Assembly: GCA_012295275.1 (NCBI GenBank)
Contig: CM022677.1
Span: 27,776,001-27,840,000 of the forward strand
Direction: 5' to 3'
Origin: Chrysomallon squamiferum
Taxonomy: Eukaryota > Animalia > Mollusca
Length of the DNA: 64,000 nucleotides
The notes under the pieces were generated by a model that worked only from the letters and a program-made list of their open reading frames with translations, made no database searches and was not told the origin of the DNA. Every line of letters starts with the position of its first letter. Position 1 is the stretch's first letter. This document shows positions 13,830 through 29,014 of this stretch, one piece after another. Position numbers and translations under genes: made by a program.

Positions 13830-14188
13830 TTTCTGCTTTAACTAATAATAGCAGACAGAAAAGATTAAATAAATCAATATTCAGTTGACTGAAAACATAA
13901 CCTAGCTACCAGTTTTGCTAACACTATCTGTTAGTCAATTTTGTGGGTCAGTTAATTTTTTTTCCACGCTGTTTGCTGACTCGAGTCAGCGGAAGAAGAA
14001 GACGATTAATTCATTATCAAACATCGTCTCTTAAAGGACAATCTGTTTGACTACAACAGTGATTTTGTTTTTTTTCTTTGAACAATATTTGTCATGTTAC
14101 TTGTACTACATTCACCTTGTTTGACTTTAATATGCTGAGTAAACTGATAGGTTTCTGTTATCTGTCCGCATGTCTGTCTGTCTGTCTG

Positions 14189-14301
<113 letters not shown>

Positions 14302-15037
14302 CAGCAAAATTATTAGTACAAAGGGAGATAAACGTGAGAATCGTGGTGATCAGGAAAGGAAACAGTAGATAACTCTTCATGCTTAACAACGAAATTAATT
14401 AATTAAATTAAATTTTTAAATTTTATTTATTTATTTTGTTTCATCTTTTAGAATTCATCATTTTACGTTTGTTTTTTCATTGTCGTTGTCGATATTTTTC
14501 ATGATTAAAATTTAAGCCGACGAGTGGAAAATGTTTCGTTTAAACTGACTGCAGCGCGACGTGTCAAAATGAACGTTTCGAGGGCTGCTGTTGTTAGCAG
14601 ACGCTGTGTGTTAGCACTAGGTATATATAGTCTTCAAAACCATAATAGTTCATTTTGTGTAGTAGTGTTCAAGTTGTTGTTGTTGACACAACTGATGTTG
14701 TTGATGAGGGAGATATCGCCGTCATTGGTTGTAGTGGAAAAAATGTTACTGTCTTAGTATTGCTGTTATTATCATTATTATTATTAGTTAGTTGTTAGTT
14801 AGTTGTTGTTGTTATTGTTGTTATTGTTATTATAGTGGTTATTGTTAATGTTTTTAACATTGTTGTATTGCAATAGTAATGTTAGTAGAAAATTGTAACT
14901 ATTAATAAGAATTGTTTTACACATAGAATTATTATTATTAATATACAAGTAGTAGTAGCAGTTGTATTATTGTTTTTAGTAGTAGTAATTAACTTCATTA
15001 TTGCACAATCATTTCATTGTTATTGTTCTTCTTCTTA

Positions 15038-15097
<60 letters not shown>

Positions 15098-15879
15098 TTA
15101 TTATTATTATTATTATTATTGTTGTTAAAGAATATTTTAAAGGACAAAACATTTTATAGAATCGTTTTATGTTTACCCTGAAATTCCAGAAAAAAAAAAA
15201 TAGAAAGAAACAAGTACAAATAAATTCAATAGAGACCCATAAAAACAATAAATAAATAAATAAATAAAAAATTTAAATAAAAAAAAAAAATAAAAAAAGT
15301 TAATTAAAAAATAAAAAATAACGTAAAATTAACGTTGAAAAAATTTAAAATTTAAAAAAAAAATAAAAATAAAAAGATAAAGAAAAAAAAAAAAAAAAAA
15401 AAAAAAAAAAGAATAAATCTGAGAAAGAAAGAAATTATGGAATCTCAGAATAATGATTTAGTATAGTACAGTAGCAGTAGTAGTATAGTAGCAGTTGTAG
15501 TAGTAGTTGTTTTTGTGTTCGCTGACATGAGAGTAGAAGAAAAAGTAGCAGCCGTAGTGGTGGTTACTGTATAGTTATTGTAATACTAGAATTAGTGGTA
15601 GTTGTAGTAGCACTAGTAGTACCTTCATTAGTAATACTAATATCAAAACAATTAACATCATTAGTGACTCTTGTAAAATGAAGTGCTGATCTTAGAGATA
15701 GATTTAGTCAAACAAAGATTTTTAGACAGAGTAATGTACAGAAAGTAAATATTCAGGTACAGGTAAATAAATAAATGTCAGAAATGACTTTGAGCCGCAG
15801 GTAGACTACTACTGCAAAATAACTTTGCTGAAAGAGTCATAATACAATTTAAATTAAGGTTTCTGAGAAACACAAACGA

Positions 15880-16175
15880 TTACTTAAAATAACGTTTGTG
15901 ACATAGTTAAAAAGACTGAAAATAACATTTTGAGGCATTCGAATGAATACTGAAAATAACATTTTGAAGCAGTCGAACAAATACTGAAAATAACGTTTTG
16001 AGGTAGTCGAACAAATACTGAAAATAACGTTTTGAGGCATTCGAACAAATTCTGAAAATAACGTTTCCTGATGCACTCAAAGAAGTACTGAAAATAACGT
16101 TTTGAGGCAGTCGAACAAATACTGAAAATAACGTTTTCTGATGCACTCAAAGAAGTACTGAAAATAACGTTTAAG
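15880..16175. repeat. ~34-bp minisatellite (aaatactgaaaataacgttttgaggcagtcgaac)
   Basis: About 8 visible units with a ctgaaaataac core. Confidence 0.85.
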
Positions 16176-16444
16176 ACACAGTGAATAAATCATTTAAAAA
16201 ATAAATGAATGAACAAAAGGACATACATACATACATACATACACACATACATACACACATACATAAATACACACATACATACACACACACATACATACGT
16301 GTATGCATAACATGCACACTAACAGAGAAACACAGGTCAAACAAGGAAAATAAATGTTTTATATAACAAGCTTTACATTTATGTAAGGTTTACAGCTGTA
16401 ACACAATACAGTAAAAGACTGAGCAGTTTCGAATTGTTATTCAT

Positions 16445-16475
<31 letters not shown>

Positions 16476-16480
16476 TTCAT

Positions 16481-16511
<31 letters not shown>

Positions 16512-17219
16512 TTATATTTATTTTTTTATTTTTTTTTTTGCCCATAATTTCACATTTATATTAAAAGGTGCAGATTTATAACTTATTTTATGTCTCTATA
16601 ATTCATTCTCATTATTTACGTCGCTGGTTAACACAATTTTATTTAACTGTTGGTGTAATTTGCATGGTACGTGATGAATCATTGTGCCATCAAGGCAAAC
16701 AACTGCGCATTTCTCATTTTCAGTCTTTGTTGTTTATTTATACATGTACAGACGTACAAGAGTAAAGCCTAGGTAACGTTAATCTTAATAACAGCCATTA
16801 AAACATGAATCAGTACATGGCTTTGCAGCAACAAAAATATCTATCTATCTGTCTGTCTGTCTGTCTGTCTGTCTTTTTAATATTCTAGCAACAATAATAA
16901 CAAATAAAATTATATATAAATATATATATAACAACAACAACAATAATACTAATACAGAAATTATAATATAATATTAAAACAAAATAATGATAATAATAAT
17001 AAAATAATATATTTTTTTATTTATATTTAGTTGTTAGTTTTATTCTTGTTTAAATATTTCTTTTTATCTAAAAATGTATTGACACGCCTACTTATTTGAA
17101 TATCAGTTGTTTAAATATATTCATAGCAATTGTCGTCGTGTTTTTTATCTTTAAGACATCCTCTATATGTATTCAATTTATTTAACGTTTTTTATTTTTA
17201 TTTATTTATTTGCTTGTTT

Positions 17220-17250
<31 letters not shown>

Positions 17251-17395
17251 TTATTTATGGTGTGTTATTATTTAGTTTAAATTTATTTTTAAATTTATTT
17301 TTAATTTTCACGCATGCAAAGGAACTCGATATTAAATTGCAAATTTATACAGACTGTAATTGCGACGTTTAATCGTTTTTTCTTTTTAATCTAAT

Positions 17396-17460
<65 letters not shown>

Positions 17461-17667
17461 TTAGTCTGCAAGCAAAAGCGTTTGATATTTGTACAATATT
17501 ATTCCGCATGTGGAAACACGCCTGTCTACCTGTTTATGCCTTTACTGCTATTATTATTAAAACATGATAATAAAAAAAAAAAAAAAAAAAAAAAAACAAA
17601 ACAAAACAAGGTTCCGAACAGTTGTCGTTTGGAAACTGGTAAATTAAAAATAAATACACTACTACTG

Positions 17668-17701
<34 letters not shown>

Positions 17702-17897
17702 GACTATACTACTACGACTACTACGACTACTACTACTACTACTACTAATAATAATAACGATAGTAAAATAAAGTTATAATACAGAATCAGTTTTGGTTTC
17801 ACATTTCGCGGATATTTGATGCTACAAAAGGTCGACAAAGAATTTGATGGAATTTTATTTTAATCAGTTTGAAAAAAAGGCGACTGGTATCTTATAA

Positions 17898-17972
17898 ATG
17901 GGAGCCATTTTCATAATTAAAGCTTTCTATACATCCTGGATGTCTACACTGGTACCTTAGAATCAAATATCG
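17898..17972 (+). pseudogene. Frameshifted duplicate of the gene A signal-peptide exon
   Basis: ATG GGA GCC ATT TTC ATA...TAC ATC CTG GAT GTC TAC ACT GGT ACC TTA GAA TCA AAT ATC G aligns to 20072-20144 with 2 extra nt; flanks ~17335-18135 match ~19308-20620. Confidence 0.7.
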
Positions 17973-18585
17973 GTGTGAGTGAAATTAGTATTGTCATTTA
18001 TTTATTATTTTCTCTTTGTTGTTTGTTTGTTTGTCTTTCGTCTGGTTTTGTTTTCGTTTTTCGTTGTTTCTGTTTTTATATGTTTCTTCGTTTGTTTATT
18101 TATTTATTTTTATTATCGACTGACTGTTTGTTTGATTTAATTATTAGCCTTTAAATATTATGAAAATAAGAACAAGAAAGACAAGAACAATAATGCTGAG
18201 AATAATAATGATGATGATGATAATGATGACAACGATGAAGCTGATGATGATGCTAATAATATGTAATAATGCTAAAAATACAAATACTACTACTGTTACT
18301 ACCGTTGCCACTACCTCTACTACTACTGCTAATAATAATATTAATGATTATGACGACGGCAACAACAACAACAACAACAGTAAGTACAAAATAATAACGA
18401 AAAGATTACGATCAAATATTATTATATTTACTTCTACAACTGTCGTTGCTGCTGCAGCTAAAATGACTATTACTGTTACTACTGTTGTTATTATTACTAC
18501 TACTACTACTAGTACAAGAACTACTACTACTACTACCACTGTAGTAATAATAATAATAATAATAACAATAATTATTATTATTATT

Positions 18586-18627
<42 letters not shown>

Positions 18628-18654
18628 ATTATTATTATTATATAAATGTAGGTA

Positions 18655-19156
18655 TGGATGTACACGAACAAATCGGATTACGAACCATGATCTTGGGCAA
18701 TATTTGTCTCGGTTTACGAAAAATATTCCGAGTTACGAACTTCAGCAACCCGCCACAAGCTGTCTTTTGACGTCTGTTTTGACGTCAGCATCTAGTAAAG
18801 ATAAGAATAGATGCTTACGTCAGAACCGAGGTCAAAGTAAGGATCATATAGGTATGTCATATAGCAAAGATCTATCATGAATTAGAGATTTTAGTCTTCG
18901 AAACGCAGTTGCAGCTCAATCGCTTTTGCATTCAAATTGTGCGCTCGCATTTTTTAGTGTTACTGCTTTTATGTGTATAATTTTTTGTTATACCCCATCC
19001 AATATGGCGGCCAAGAAAACAAAAAGTGAAAGCGATAATGATGATGGAAAGTATAAACGTATCACAGTAGAGGTTAAGAAAGAAATAACTGAAAAACACG
19101 AGATTGGCGTTCGTGTGTCTGACATCAGTTCAAGATCGTAACTAGAGGTTCCACTG
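18655..19156 (+). mobile_element. Internally deleted Tigger/pogo-like (Tc1/mariner) DNA transposon
   Basis: From 19004: MAAKKTKSESDNDDGKYKRITVEVKKEITEKHEIGVRVSDI resembles the Tigger/CENP-B N-terminal HTH; right end tcgtaactagaggttccactg|TA is a CAGTGGAACCTC-type TIR with TA target; repeated ttacgaa subterminal motifs at 18670-18740. Confidence 0.75.
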
Positions 19157-19564
19157 TATATATTGTATTTTATGTTTTTTCTTTCTTATTATTTATATTT
19201 ATTTATTTATTTATTTACTTACTTACTTACATATTTACTTTTCGTTATTAATGTATTATTGTGTTTAAATTTGTTATAAATTTGTACGTACGAACTGTTA
19301 TATCGAAATGCAAATTTATGCAGACTTTTTAAATGAACATTTATGTTTGTTTTTACTTAATTCTTTCTTATTTTTTTTTCATTTTTTTTCACTGCAAGCA
19401 AAAGTGATTGATATTTGTAAAAAAAAAAACCTCTTTATATCATTACTGCTGTTATTACTGATACGAAGAAATAATATAAATTACGTAAATAAGAAATAAA
19501 AAATGACCCAAACAGTTGTAGAATGGAGATAGAAAACTAAAGATTTAAAATTCAAAGCTGCTAA

Positions 19565-19599
<35 letters not shown>

Positions 19600-20071
19600 C
19601 AACAACAATAATAGTAACAACAACAATAATAATGATAATAATAACAATGATAATTATAATAACTAATAATAATAACAATAATAACAACAATAATAGTAAT
19701 AATAACAACAACAATAATATTAGGAACAACAACAATAATAATAATGATAAAATAACAATAATAATAATAACAATTATAATAATAATAACAACAACAACAA
19801 TACTAATAACAACAATAATAACAATGATGATAACAACAACAACAACAATAACAACAACAGTACTACTACTACTACTACTGCTACTACTACTACTAATAAT
19901 AATACTAATAGTAATAGTGAAATAAAGTAAAAGTATAAAATCAGGGTTTTATCTACAGGGTCTGTGTATTTGACATTACATGGATAGTATTACATACATT
20001 ACAACAGGTCGAAAATGAAGTGGATAGAATTTGTTTTCATCAGTTTGACAAACACTTCTGGCAGGCTATAA

Positions 20072-20144
20072 ATGGGAGTCGTTTTTATAATAAGTGTTTA
20101 TTACATTCTGGACTTGTGGACTGGTACCTTGGCTTCAAACGCCG
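20072..20144 (+). CDS. Gene A exon 1: signal peptide (MGVVFIISVYYILDLWTGTLASNA)
   Basis: ATG to G|gtaaga, phase 1; hydrophobic core followed by TLA-S; GVVF matches gene B exon 1. Confidence 0.75.
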
Positions 20145-20228
20145 GTAAGATACATTTTGGCTACCATTTCTTTATTATGCGTCTGTCTATATGTTTGTTT
20201 TCTATGTATCTATTTTTAGTCGTTTTTG

Positions 20229-20265
<37 letters not shown>

Positions 20266-20401
20266 TGGGGTCTGTTTTGCCGTTTATTTATTCCTTTGTT
20301 TATTTATTCATTTACTTGTTTGTTTCAATGTTGTTGTTTTTTTTATTTATTTATTTATTTTTATTATTTATTTATTTATTTATTTTTTATTATTTATTTT
20401 T

Positions 20402-20441
<40 letters not shown>

Positions 20442-20903
20442 TGTATTTATTTATTTATTTATTTATTTATTTTTTATTTATTTATTTATTTATTTTTATT
20501 ATTATTATTTTTTTTGGTATATTTATTTATTTTGTTTGCTTGTTTATTTATTTACTTTTAGTTTTAATACTTTTATTTTTTTTGTATATGGACTGACAGT
20601 CTGATTTATTTATTAACCTTTACGTAAGATGAAAACAAAATAAGAACAACAACAACAACAACAACAACGATACTTATAATAACATAAGAATAACAACAGT
20701 AACGTTAACAATAATAAGAACAACAACAACAGTAACTGCACTAACAGAACATCATCATCATCAACAACAACGACAACAAGTACTGAAAACAAACAAGAAA
20801 CCGCACGAGCTGGCTTCGTCTATAATCGTATCGACGTGCGTTTAACAAAACAGCTCATTTTACGACAGACTCGTAACTGACAACTCACAAATGGCCTGAA
20901 TCT

Positions 20904-20948
<45 letters not shown>

Positions 20949-21093
20949 GACTCTCTCTCTCTCTCATTCTCTCTGACTCTCTCTCTCTCTCTTTCGCTCG
21001 CCAGACGACGGAATTCAGTGGGAATCCTCTCTCTCTCTCTCTCTCTCCGTGCCTCAGCACGTGTTTCCGGTATCTCTCTCTCTCTCTCTCTCT

Positions 21094-21215
<122 letters not shown>

Positions 21216-21224
21216 GCTCGCCAG

Positions 21225-21393
21225 ACGACGGAATTCAGTGGGAATCCTTCTAATGTGGGCGTGTCGCCGTGCCTCTTCACGTGTTTCTTCTTCTTTATCT
21301 GGCGCTGAATTGTTCTTCTTCTTCTTCTAAGGGGTTCGGGTTCAGGGGCTTGGCTAATTGGAGTTTCTCTCACTGGAGACGGCTTCTTGTCAG
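21225..21393 (+). CDS. Gene A exon 2: TSR1, corrupted in this sequence (partial second copy at ~21005-21075)
   Basis: ctcgccag|AC GAC GGA ATT CAG TGG GAA; [11 protein letters not shown] here and PCLSTCFRY in the other copy align to VGITECMATCYRY of gene B exon 2; 169 nt, with stops and ttc runs. Confidence 0.6.
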
Positions 21394-21404
21394 GTGACAT
21401 CAGT

Positions 21405-23250
21405 TCTTCTTCTTCTTCTTCTTCTTCTTCTTTCTTCTTCTTCTCCTTCTTCTTCTTCTTTTTCTTCTTCTTCTTCTTCTTCTTCTTCTTCTTCTTCTTC
21501 TTCTTCTTCTTCTTCTTCTTCTTCTTCTAAATATTCTTCTTTCTTCTTCTTCCTTCTTCTTCTTCTTCTTGTTCTCCTTCTTCTTCTTCTTCTTCTAATT
21601 GTTCTTCTTCTTCTTCTTCTTCTTCTTCTTCTTCTAAATCGTTCTTCTTCTTCTTCTCTTCTTCTTCTTCTTCTTCTTGTTCTAAATCTTCTCTTCTTCT
21701 TCTTCTTCTTCTATTTGTTCTTCTTCTTCTTCTTCTTCTAATTGTTGTTGTTGTTTGTTGTTATTTTCTTCTTCTTCTTCTTTTTTTCTTGTTCTTCTTG
21801 TCGTTTTTTTTTTTTTTTTTCTTCTTCTTGTTCTTTTTGTTCATCTGTTTCTGTTTAATTTTTCTTCTTCTTCTTCTTCTTCTTCTTCTTCTTCTTCTTC
21901 TAAATTCTTGTTGTTATTATTGTTCTTGTTGTTGTTCTTCTACTAATTCTTCTTCTTTTCCTTGTTGTTGTTTTTTTTCTTCTTCTTTTTTCCTTTCTTC
22001 TTCTTCTTCTAATCCTTCTTCTTTCTTCTTTTTTTTTTTCTTCTTCTTCTTCTTCTTCTCTTCTTTTTCTTCTTCTTTTTTTCTCTTTATTTTTTTTCTC
22101 CTCTCCTCTTGTTCTTTCTTTTTATTTTTTATTCTGATTCTTATTTTTTTTTTCCTTTTTTTGTTTTCTTCTTTAATTTTATGTTTCTTCTCGTGTATTT
22201 TTTTTTTTTCTTCTTCTTTTTTGTTTCTTGTTCTGGTTTTGTTCTTTGACTCTGTTCTTGTTCTTTTTTATTTGTTATTCTTCATCTTATTCTTATTGTT
22301 CTTTTTTATTATTGTTCTTGTTGTTGTTCTTTATTCTATTTTGTTCTTTTCTTCTTGTTCTTTTCTTCTTAATCGTCTTGATCTTCTTGTTCTCCTTCAA
22401 ATTTTCATCCTATTTTTCTTCTTCGTGTTCTGGTCCTTCTTATTTTTTTTTTCTTCTTATGTTCTTTTGATCTTTATTTCTTTCTTTCTTTTTCTTCTTC
22501 TTCTTCTTTCTTTGTTTCTTTTTTTTTTATTTATGTTCTTTCTCTTCTTATTTTATGTTCTTTTCTTATTAATGTTCTTTCTCTTCTTATTTTGTGTTCT
22601 TTCTTTTCTTATTTATTTGTTCTTTTCTTATTGGTGTTTCTTTTCTTATTTTTGTGTTCTTTCTCTTCTTATTTGTGTTCTTTCTTCTTTCTTCTTATTT
22701 GTGTTCTTTCTTTTCTTATTTGTGTTCTTTCTCTTCTTATTTTTATGTTCTTATTTATGTTCTTTCTCTTCTTATTTGTGTTCTTCCTCTTCTTATTTAT
22801 GTTCTTTCTCTTTTCTTATGTTCTTTCTTTTCTTATTTAGTTTCTTTCTCTTCTTATTTATGTTCTTTCTGTTCTTATTTGTGTTCTTTCTCTTCTTATT
22901 TGTGTTCTTTTTTTCTTATTTAGTTTCTTTCTCTTCTTATTTATGTTCTTTCTCTTCTTATTTGTGTTCTTTCTCTTCTTATTTGTGTTCTTTCTTTTCT
23001 TATTTATGTTCTTTCTCTTCTTATTTGTGTTCTTTCTTTTCTTATTTGTGTTCTTTCTTTTCTTATTTATGTTCTTTCTCTTCTTATTTATGTTCTTTCT
23101 CTTCTTGTTTTATGTTCTTTCTCTTCTTATGTTCTTTCTCTTCTTATTTATGTTCTTCCTCTTCTTATTTATTTTCTTCCTCTTCTTATTTGTGTTATTT
23201 CTTTTGTTGCCGTTCCTGTTGTTATTCTTCTTAAACTTACAGTTATTGTT
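21405..23250. repeat. (TTC)n tract grading into a 21-bp minisatellite (ttatgttctttctcttcttat)
   Basis: Directly visible; source of the 481-aa artefact ORF. Confidence 0.85.
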
Positions 23251-24311
23251 CTTTATTTTCTTCTTCATCTTATTCTTGATTAGTTTTTGATTATTTATTT
23301 CTTATCCTCTTCTTATTTTCGTTTTTATTCTTTTTCATCTTCTTCTTCCTATTAGCCTTGTTGATTTTTTTTCTTTATTCGTGTCTTTGTTCATCTTATT
23401 TTTATCCTTAATCCTTTTGATCTTCGTCCTAATATTCTTGTTCTCCGTCTTTTTTTTTAGAGTTGTGTATCATGTTCTTCTTTTTCTTCTTGCTTATCCT
23501 ATTCTTGTTATTGTTCCTCGTGTTCTTGATCCTCTTGTCATATAATCTATTCATTATTGTTCTTGTTCTTGTCTTCATCTTCTTCGTCTGTTTCTTGTGC
23601 ATCCACCATCTGTTTTTTCTTCTTCTTTTTCTAGTTTCTACCTCGTTTTCTTATTAAGCCTTCGTCTTGTAAGTGCTTATGTTCCTGTTGTTATTCTCTT
23701 TGTTGTTGTTTATTCCTTTTTATCCCCTTCTTTTCTTCTTTCTCGTTCTTCTTATCACTGTTGTGCAATAATAGCAGCGGCATGAAGTATATTAATTGAA
23801 GCTGCATGTAAATAACTATAATAGAATGAATAGTTGCATTGTCATTACTAGTAGCAGTAACCTTAAGAGAGTATATAATAGATATATCATTAGTGCAATA
23901 ACAGTGGTGGTAGTATCAGAGATAAACGTTATAGCAGCAGAAACACCAATAGGGTACTAGGTTAAAATATCAGTAGCACTTGCAGTAGTATTCTAGTAGT
24001 AGCAATAGACATTGACGTAACTGTATCGGAAGCAATAGCAATAGTAACAGTAATAGTAGTAGCAACAACAATATTAGTAATACTAGTAACGTACTACAAG
24101 TAGTAATAGTAACATTAGTAGTACTAGAAGTAGGAGTAGCAGTAGTAGAAGCACTAGTAGCAGAACAAGTAGTAGCAGCTACAGCACCAGTAAGAAGTAA
24201 CAGTAATAGAAGTAGCAACAGTAGTGTTAATGGTGTTAATTCGAGCGTAGTTTGTAGAAGAAAAACAGAAAACTCTTTTGTAATGTTTTTATCTTGGTTT
24301 TATATTTTCAG

Positions 24312-24326
24312 AAAGAAAAACAGAAG
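24312..24326 (+). CDS. Gene A exon 3: 15-nt microexon (xRKTE-G)
   Basis: tatattttcag|AAAGAAAAACAGAAG|gtgagt; same acceptor sequence and length as gene B exon 3. Confidence 0.8.
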
Positions 24327-24460
24327 GTGAGTGATATAAACTGAGCAGTGCCATTTGTTTTAAACTTGAATACTTTATTTAGATGAAGGGTCATGCGAAT
24401 TCATTATCATTATTATTATCATTATTATCATTATTATCATTATTATTATGATTATTATTA

Positions 24461-24491
<31 letters not shown>

Positions 24492-24961
24492 CATCATTAT
24501 TATTATTATTATTATTATCATTATTATCATTATTATTATTATTATTATTATCATTATTATCATTATTATCATTATTATTATTATTATTATTATTATCATT
24601 ATTATCATTATTATCATTATTATTATTATTACCATCATTATTATTATTTTTTAACTATTATTATTATTAATTTTTTTTACTATTATTATTATTATTATTA
24701 TTATTGTTATTATTATTATTACTACTACTACTGTTATTATTCTTACTATTATTACTATTATTATTATCATCATCATTATTATCAATATTATTTTAACTAT
24801 TATTATTATTATTATTATTATTATTATCATTAGTACCATCATTATTATCACTATTATTATTTTGTTATTATCATTATTATCATCATTATTATCACTATTA
24901 TTATTTTATATCTTATCATTATTATCATCATTATTATCACTATTATTATTATCACTATCAC

Positions 24962-25003
<42 letters not shown>

Positions 25004-25077
25004 TAATTTAAAGGCAATCATTTCTTTCTTTCTCTATTCATTCGTTTCGTTTCGTTTCAATACTGCTTGGTTTCTAG

Positions 25078-25230
25078 GCAGCTGGAAAAGCTGGGATTTC
25101 AAGTATGTCCGTCCGTCGTGCAGCAGACTGTGTTTCGGGTTCGGGTTCTACTCGAGAGTTTGCTACCCCAGGTTCTCCTGTGGAGGGGAATACAGAAGAA
25201 TTGCCCGAGCCCCGTGCGTCGGAGGATCGT
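25078..25230 (+). CDS. Gene A exon 4: TSR2 (GSWKSWDFKYVRPSCSRLCFGFGFYSRVCYPRFSCGGEYRRIARAPCVGGS-C)
   Basis: tttctag| and T|gtaagt, 153 nt, same length as gene B exon 4. Confidence 0.9.
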
Positions 25231-25265
25231 GTAAGTGACGACTACGACAGCATCAAAAACACACT

Positions 25266-25298
<33 letters not shown>

Positions 25299-26241
25299 GT
25301 AATATTAATAATAATAATAATAATAATGGTGATATTAATAATAATAATAGTAATAATAATAATAATGATAATGGTGATAATAATAATAATAATTATAATA
25401 ATAATAATCATCATCATAATAATAATGATGATAATGATAATAATAATAATAATGGTGATAATAACAACAACAACAACAATATTAATACTAATAACAATAA
25501 GAAGAATAGCAACAATAGATAACATAATAATAATAATAATGATAATGATAATAATGATAATGATAATAATAATAGCAATGATAATAATCATGACCATGAT
25601 GATGCTGATGATGTTTATGATGACTGCGATGATGATGATAGCAATAATAATATGATGATGATGATGATTATGATAGGTTATCGTGATAATATTAGTAATA
25701 ATGATAACGATAATGGAAATAAAAGTTTTATATTTCAGTGAAATCTATTTATATTTTAGTCACTTACATAGACACGTATTAATAAGTAATACAGATGTCA
25801 TCTCATGAATTTAACATTTGAATTCGACATTACATACGTATAAATACATACATACATACATATATACATACATAGATACATACATACGTGAATACATACA
25901 TACATACATACATATGCACACATATACACATTTATAGATAAAATACGTAGACACATACATTGCATTCAAATGAATACAGAATCTGTTGTTAACAAATAAT
26001 GAGAATGGGTGAAAAAAGCAACAGTAAAAAGACACATATGCTGTTAACATTCACTGTATTTTTGTGCACGTATTGAAATACTCATAATTGTGATTATCTG
26101 CAGTGGTTGTAGCTGAAGCAAACTTACTCATAAGCATACTCCACATATACACACACACACATACACGTGTACACCTAAACACATTCATACATCTGTACAC
26201 ACGTATATCAATAAATATATCCATCCCACCATCCATGAATC

Positions 26242-26273
<32 letters not shown>

Positions 26274-26580
26274 TATCTGTATCTATATCACACACAAAAA
26301 GAAATGATTGTCTTTAAATTAATAATAATAGTGATAATAATAATGATGATAATAATATTGGTAATAATAGTAATAATAATATTGATAATGATGATGACAA
26401 TAATAATAATAGTAACTGTAATTGTAATAGTAATACTACTACTAATAATAATAATAATCATAATAATAATAGTAATAATAATAATAGTAATTGTAATAGT
26501 AATAATAATAATAATAATAATAATAGTTAAAATAATAATATTGATGATGATGAAGATAATAATAATAGTAATTGTTATAG

Positions 26581-26623
<43 letters not shown>

Positions 26624-26672
26624 GACTATATTTAGAAGTATATATAACAGAATTGTCTGGATAACATTGCAG

Positions 26673-26849
26673 GTGTCGCTGTTACAAAGCCGCAGTGGAC
26701 GGAGTGGACTCTGTATAACAAGTCGGCGTGCCAGTCTGACTGTATCAGACACATGACGTACAGACGACGCTGTCGTTATGGTCGCGGTTGCCCTGGTTAC
26801 CACGAGATAGTGTACCTCGTAAACTGCGCGGGAATCGAATGTTACAGAG
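26673..26849 (+). CDS. Gene A exon 5: TSR3 (VAVTKPQWTEWTLYNKSACQSDCIRHMTYRRRCRYGRGCPGYHEIVYLVNCAGIECYR)
   Basis: cattgcag| and G|gtaatt, 177 nt phase 1-1. Confidence 0.9.
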
Positions 26850-26867
26850 GTAATTCTGTCACATGTG

Positions 26868-26899
<32 letters not shown>

Positions 26900-27107
26900 T
26901 GTATGTATGTATGTATGTATGTATGTATGTATGTATGTATGTGTGTGTATGTATGTATGTATGTATGTATGTATGTATGTATGTATGTGTGTGTGTGTAT
27001 GTATGTATGTATGTATGTATGTATCTATGTATGTATGTATGTATGTATGTATGTATGTATTGGTAATATTATTATTATTATTATTATTATCATCATTATT
27101 ATTATTA

Positions 27108-27138
<31 letters not shown>

Positions 27139-27206
27139 GATTAGAAGTAGTAGTAGTAGTAGTAATAGTAGAAGCATATGTAGCTGTGCTTTATTTTCTA
27201 TTTCAG

Positions 27207-27221
27207 TTTATATTCGGACAG
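27207..27221 (+). CDS. Gene A exon 6: 15-nt microexon (VYIRT-E)
   Basis: ttttctatttcag|TTTATATTCGGACAG|gtgagt. Confidence 0.8.
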
Positions 27222-27269
27222 GTGAGTAATTACACCGCATTATTTCACACACACAAATATAGATATATA

Positions 27270-28175
<906 letters not shown>

Positions 28176-28214
28176 ACACACACACATATAATACTGACAC
28201 TGGATTCGTTTCAG

Positions 28215-28370
28215 AAAATGGCAAGTGGGCCACGTGGGACACGCATGCGCGTGGGGCGTGTAATTCTCAGTGTCAGAGGTCGATCACCTACGCCCGACCC
28301 TGTTTTCCGGCGTCTGCGTGTGTCGGGATCGTGAAGCGATCCATAATGAAAGACTGCTACGACGGTTCCT
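28215..28370 (+). CDS. Gene A exon 7: TSR4 (ENGKWATWDTHARGACNSQCQRSITYARPCFPASACVGIVKRSIMKDCYDGS-C)
   Basis: ttcgtttcag| and T|gtacga, 156 nt phase 1-1. Confidence 0.88.
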
Positions 28371-28689
28371 GTACGATGTTATAACTGTTTGTTCTTATCG
28401 TATTGCTGTTGATGATGACGTAGTAGTAGTGGTTGTGGTAGTGGTAGCAGCAGGACTTATCGTTGTAGCTGTAGTAGTTGCTACCGCTGCTGTAGTAGTT
28501 GTTGAAGTAGAAGTTGTTATTTTTGTAACAATAGTAGTAGTAGTAGTAGTAATAATAGTAGTAGTAGTAGTAGTAATAGTAGTAGTAGTAGTAGTAATAA
28601 TAATAATAGTAATAGTAATAATAACGTTGAGAATAATAACAACAAAACAATATATAACAACGACAACCACAAAACAATAGCAGTAACAT

Positions 28690-28727
<38 letters not shown>

Positions 28728-29014
28728 ATACTAATAATAACAAGAACAATAAACAACACTAATAATAATAATAATAATAATAATAATAGTAATAATAATA
28801 TCAATAACATTATCAACAACAACGACAACAACTACAAGAACATCAAGAACAGTAATAATAATAATAATAATAAAGTTAATAAACAAAACAATAACGATAA
28901 CACTGATAAAAATAACATTAATAATAATAATAATAATAATAACAAAAGCAACAACAGCAACTACAGCAGCAACAACATCAGTCAGTCAGTCTGTCTGTCT
29001 GTCTGTGATTGCAG

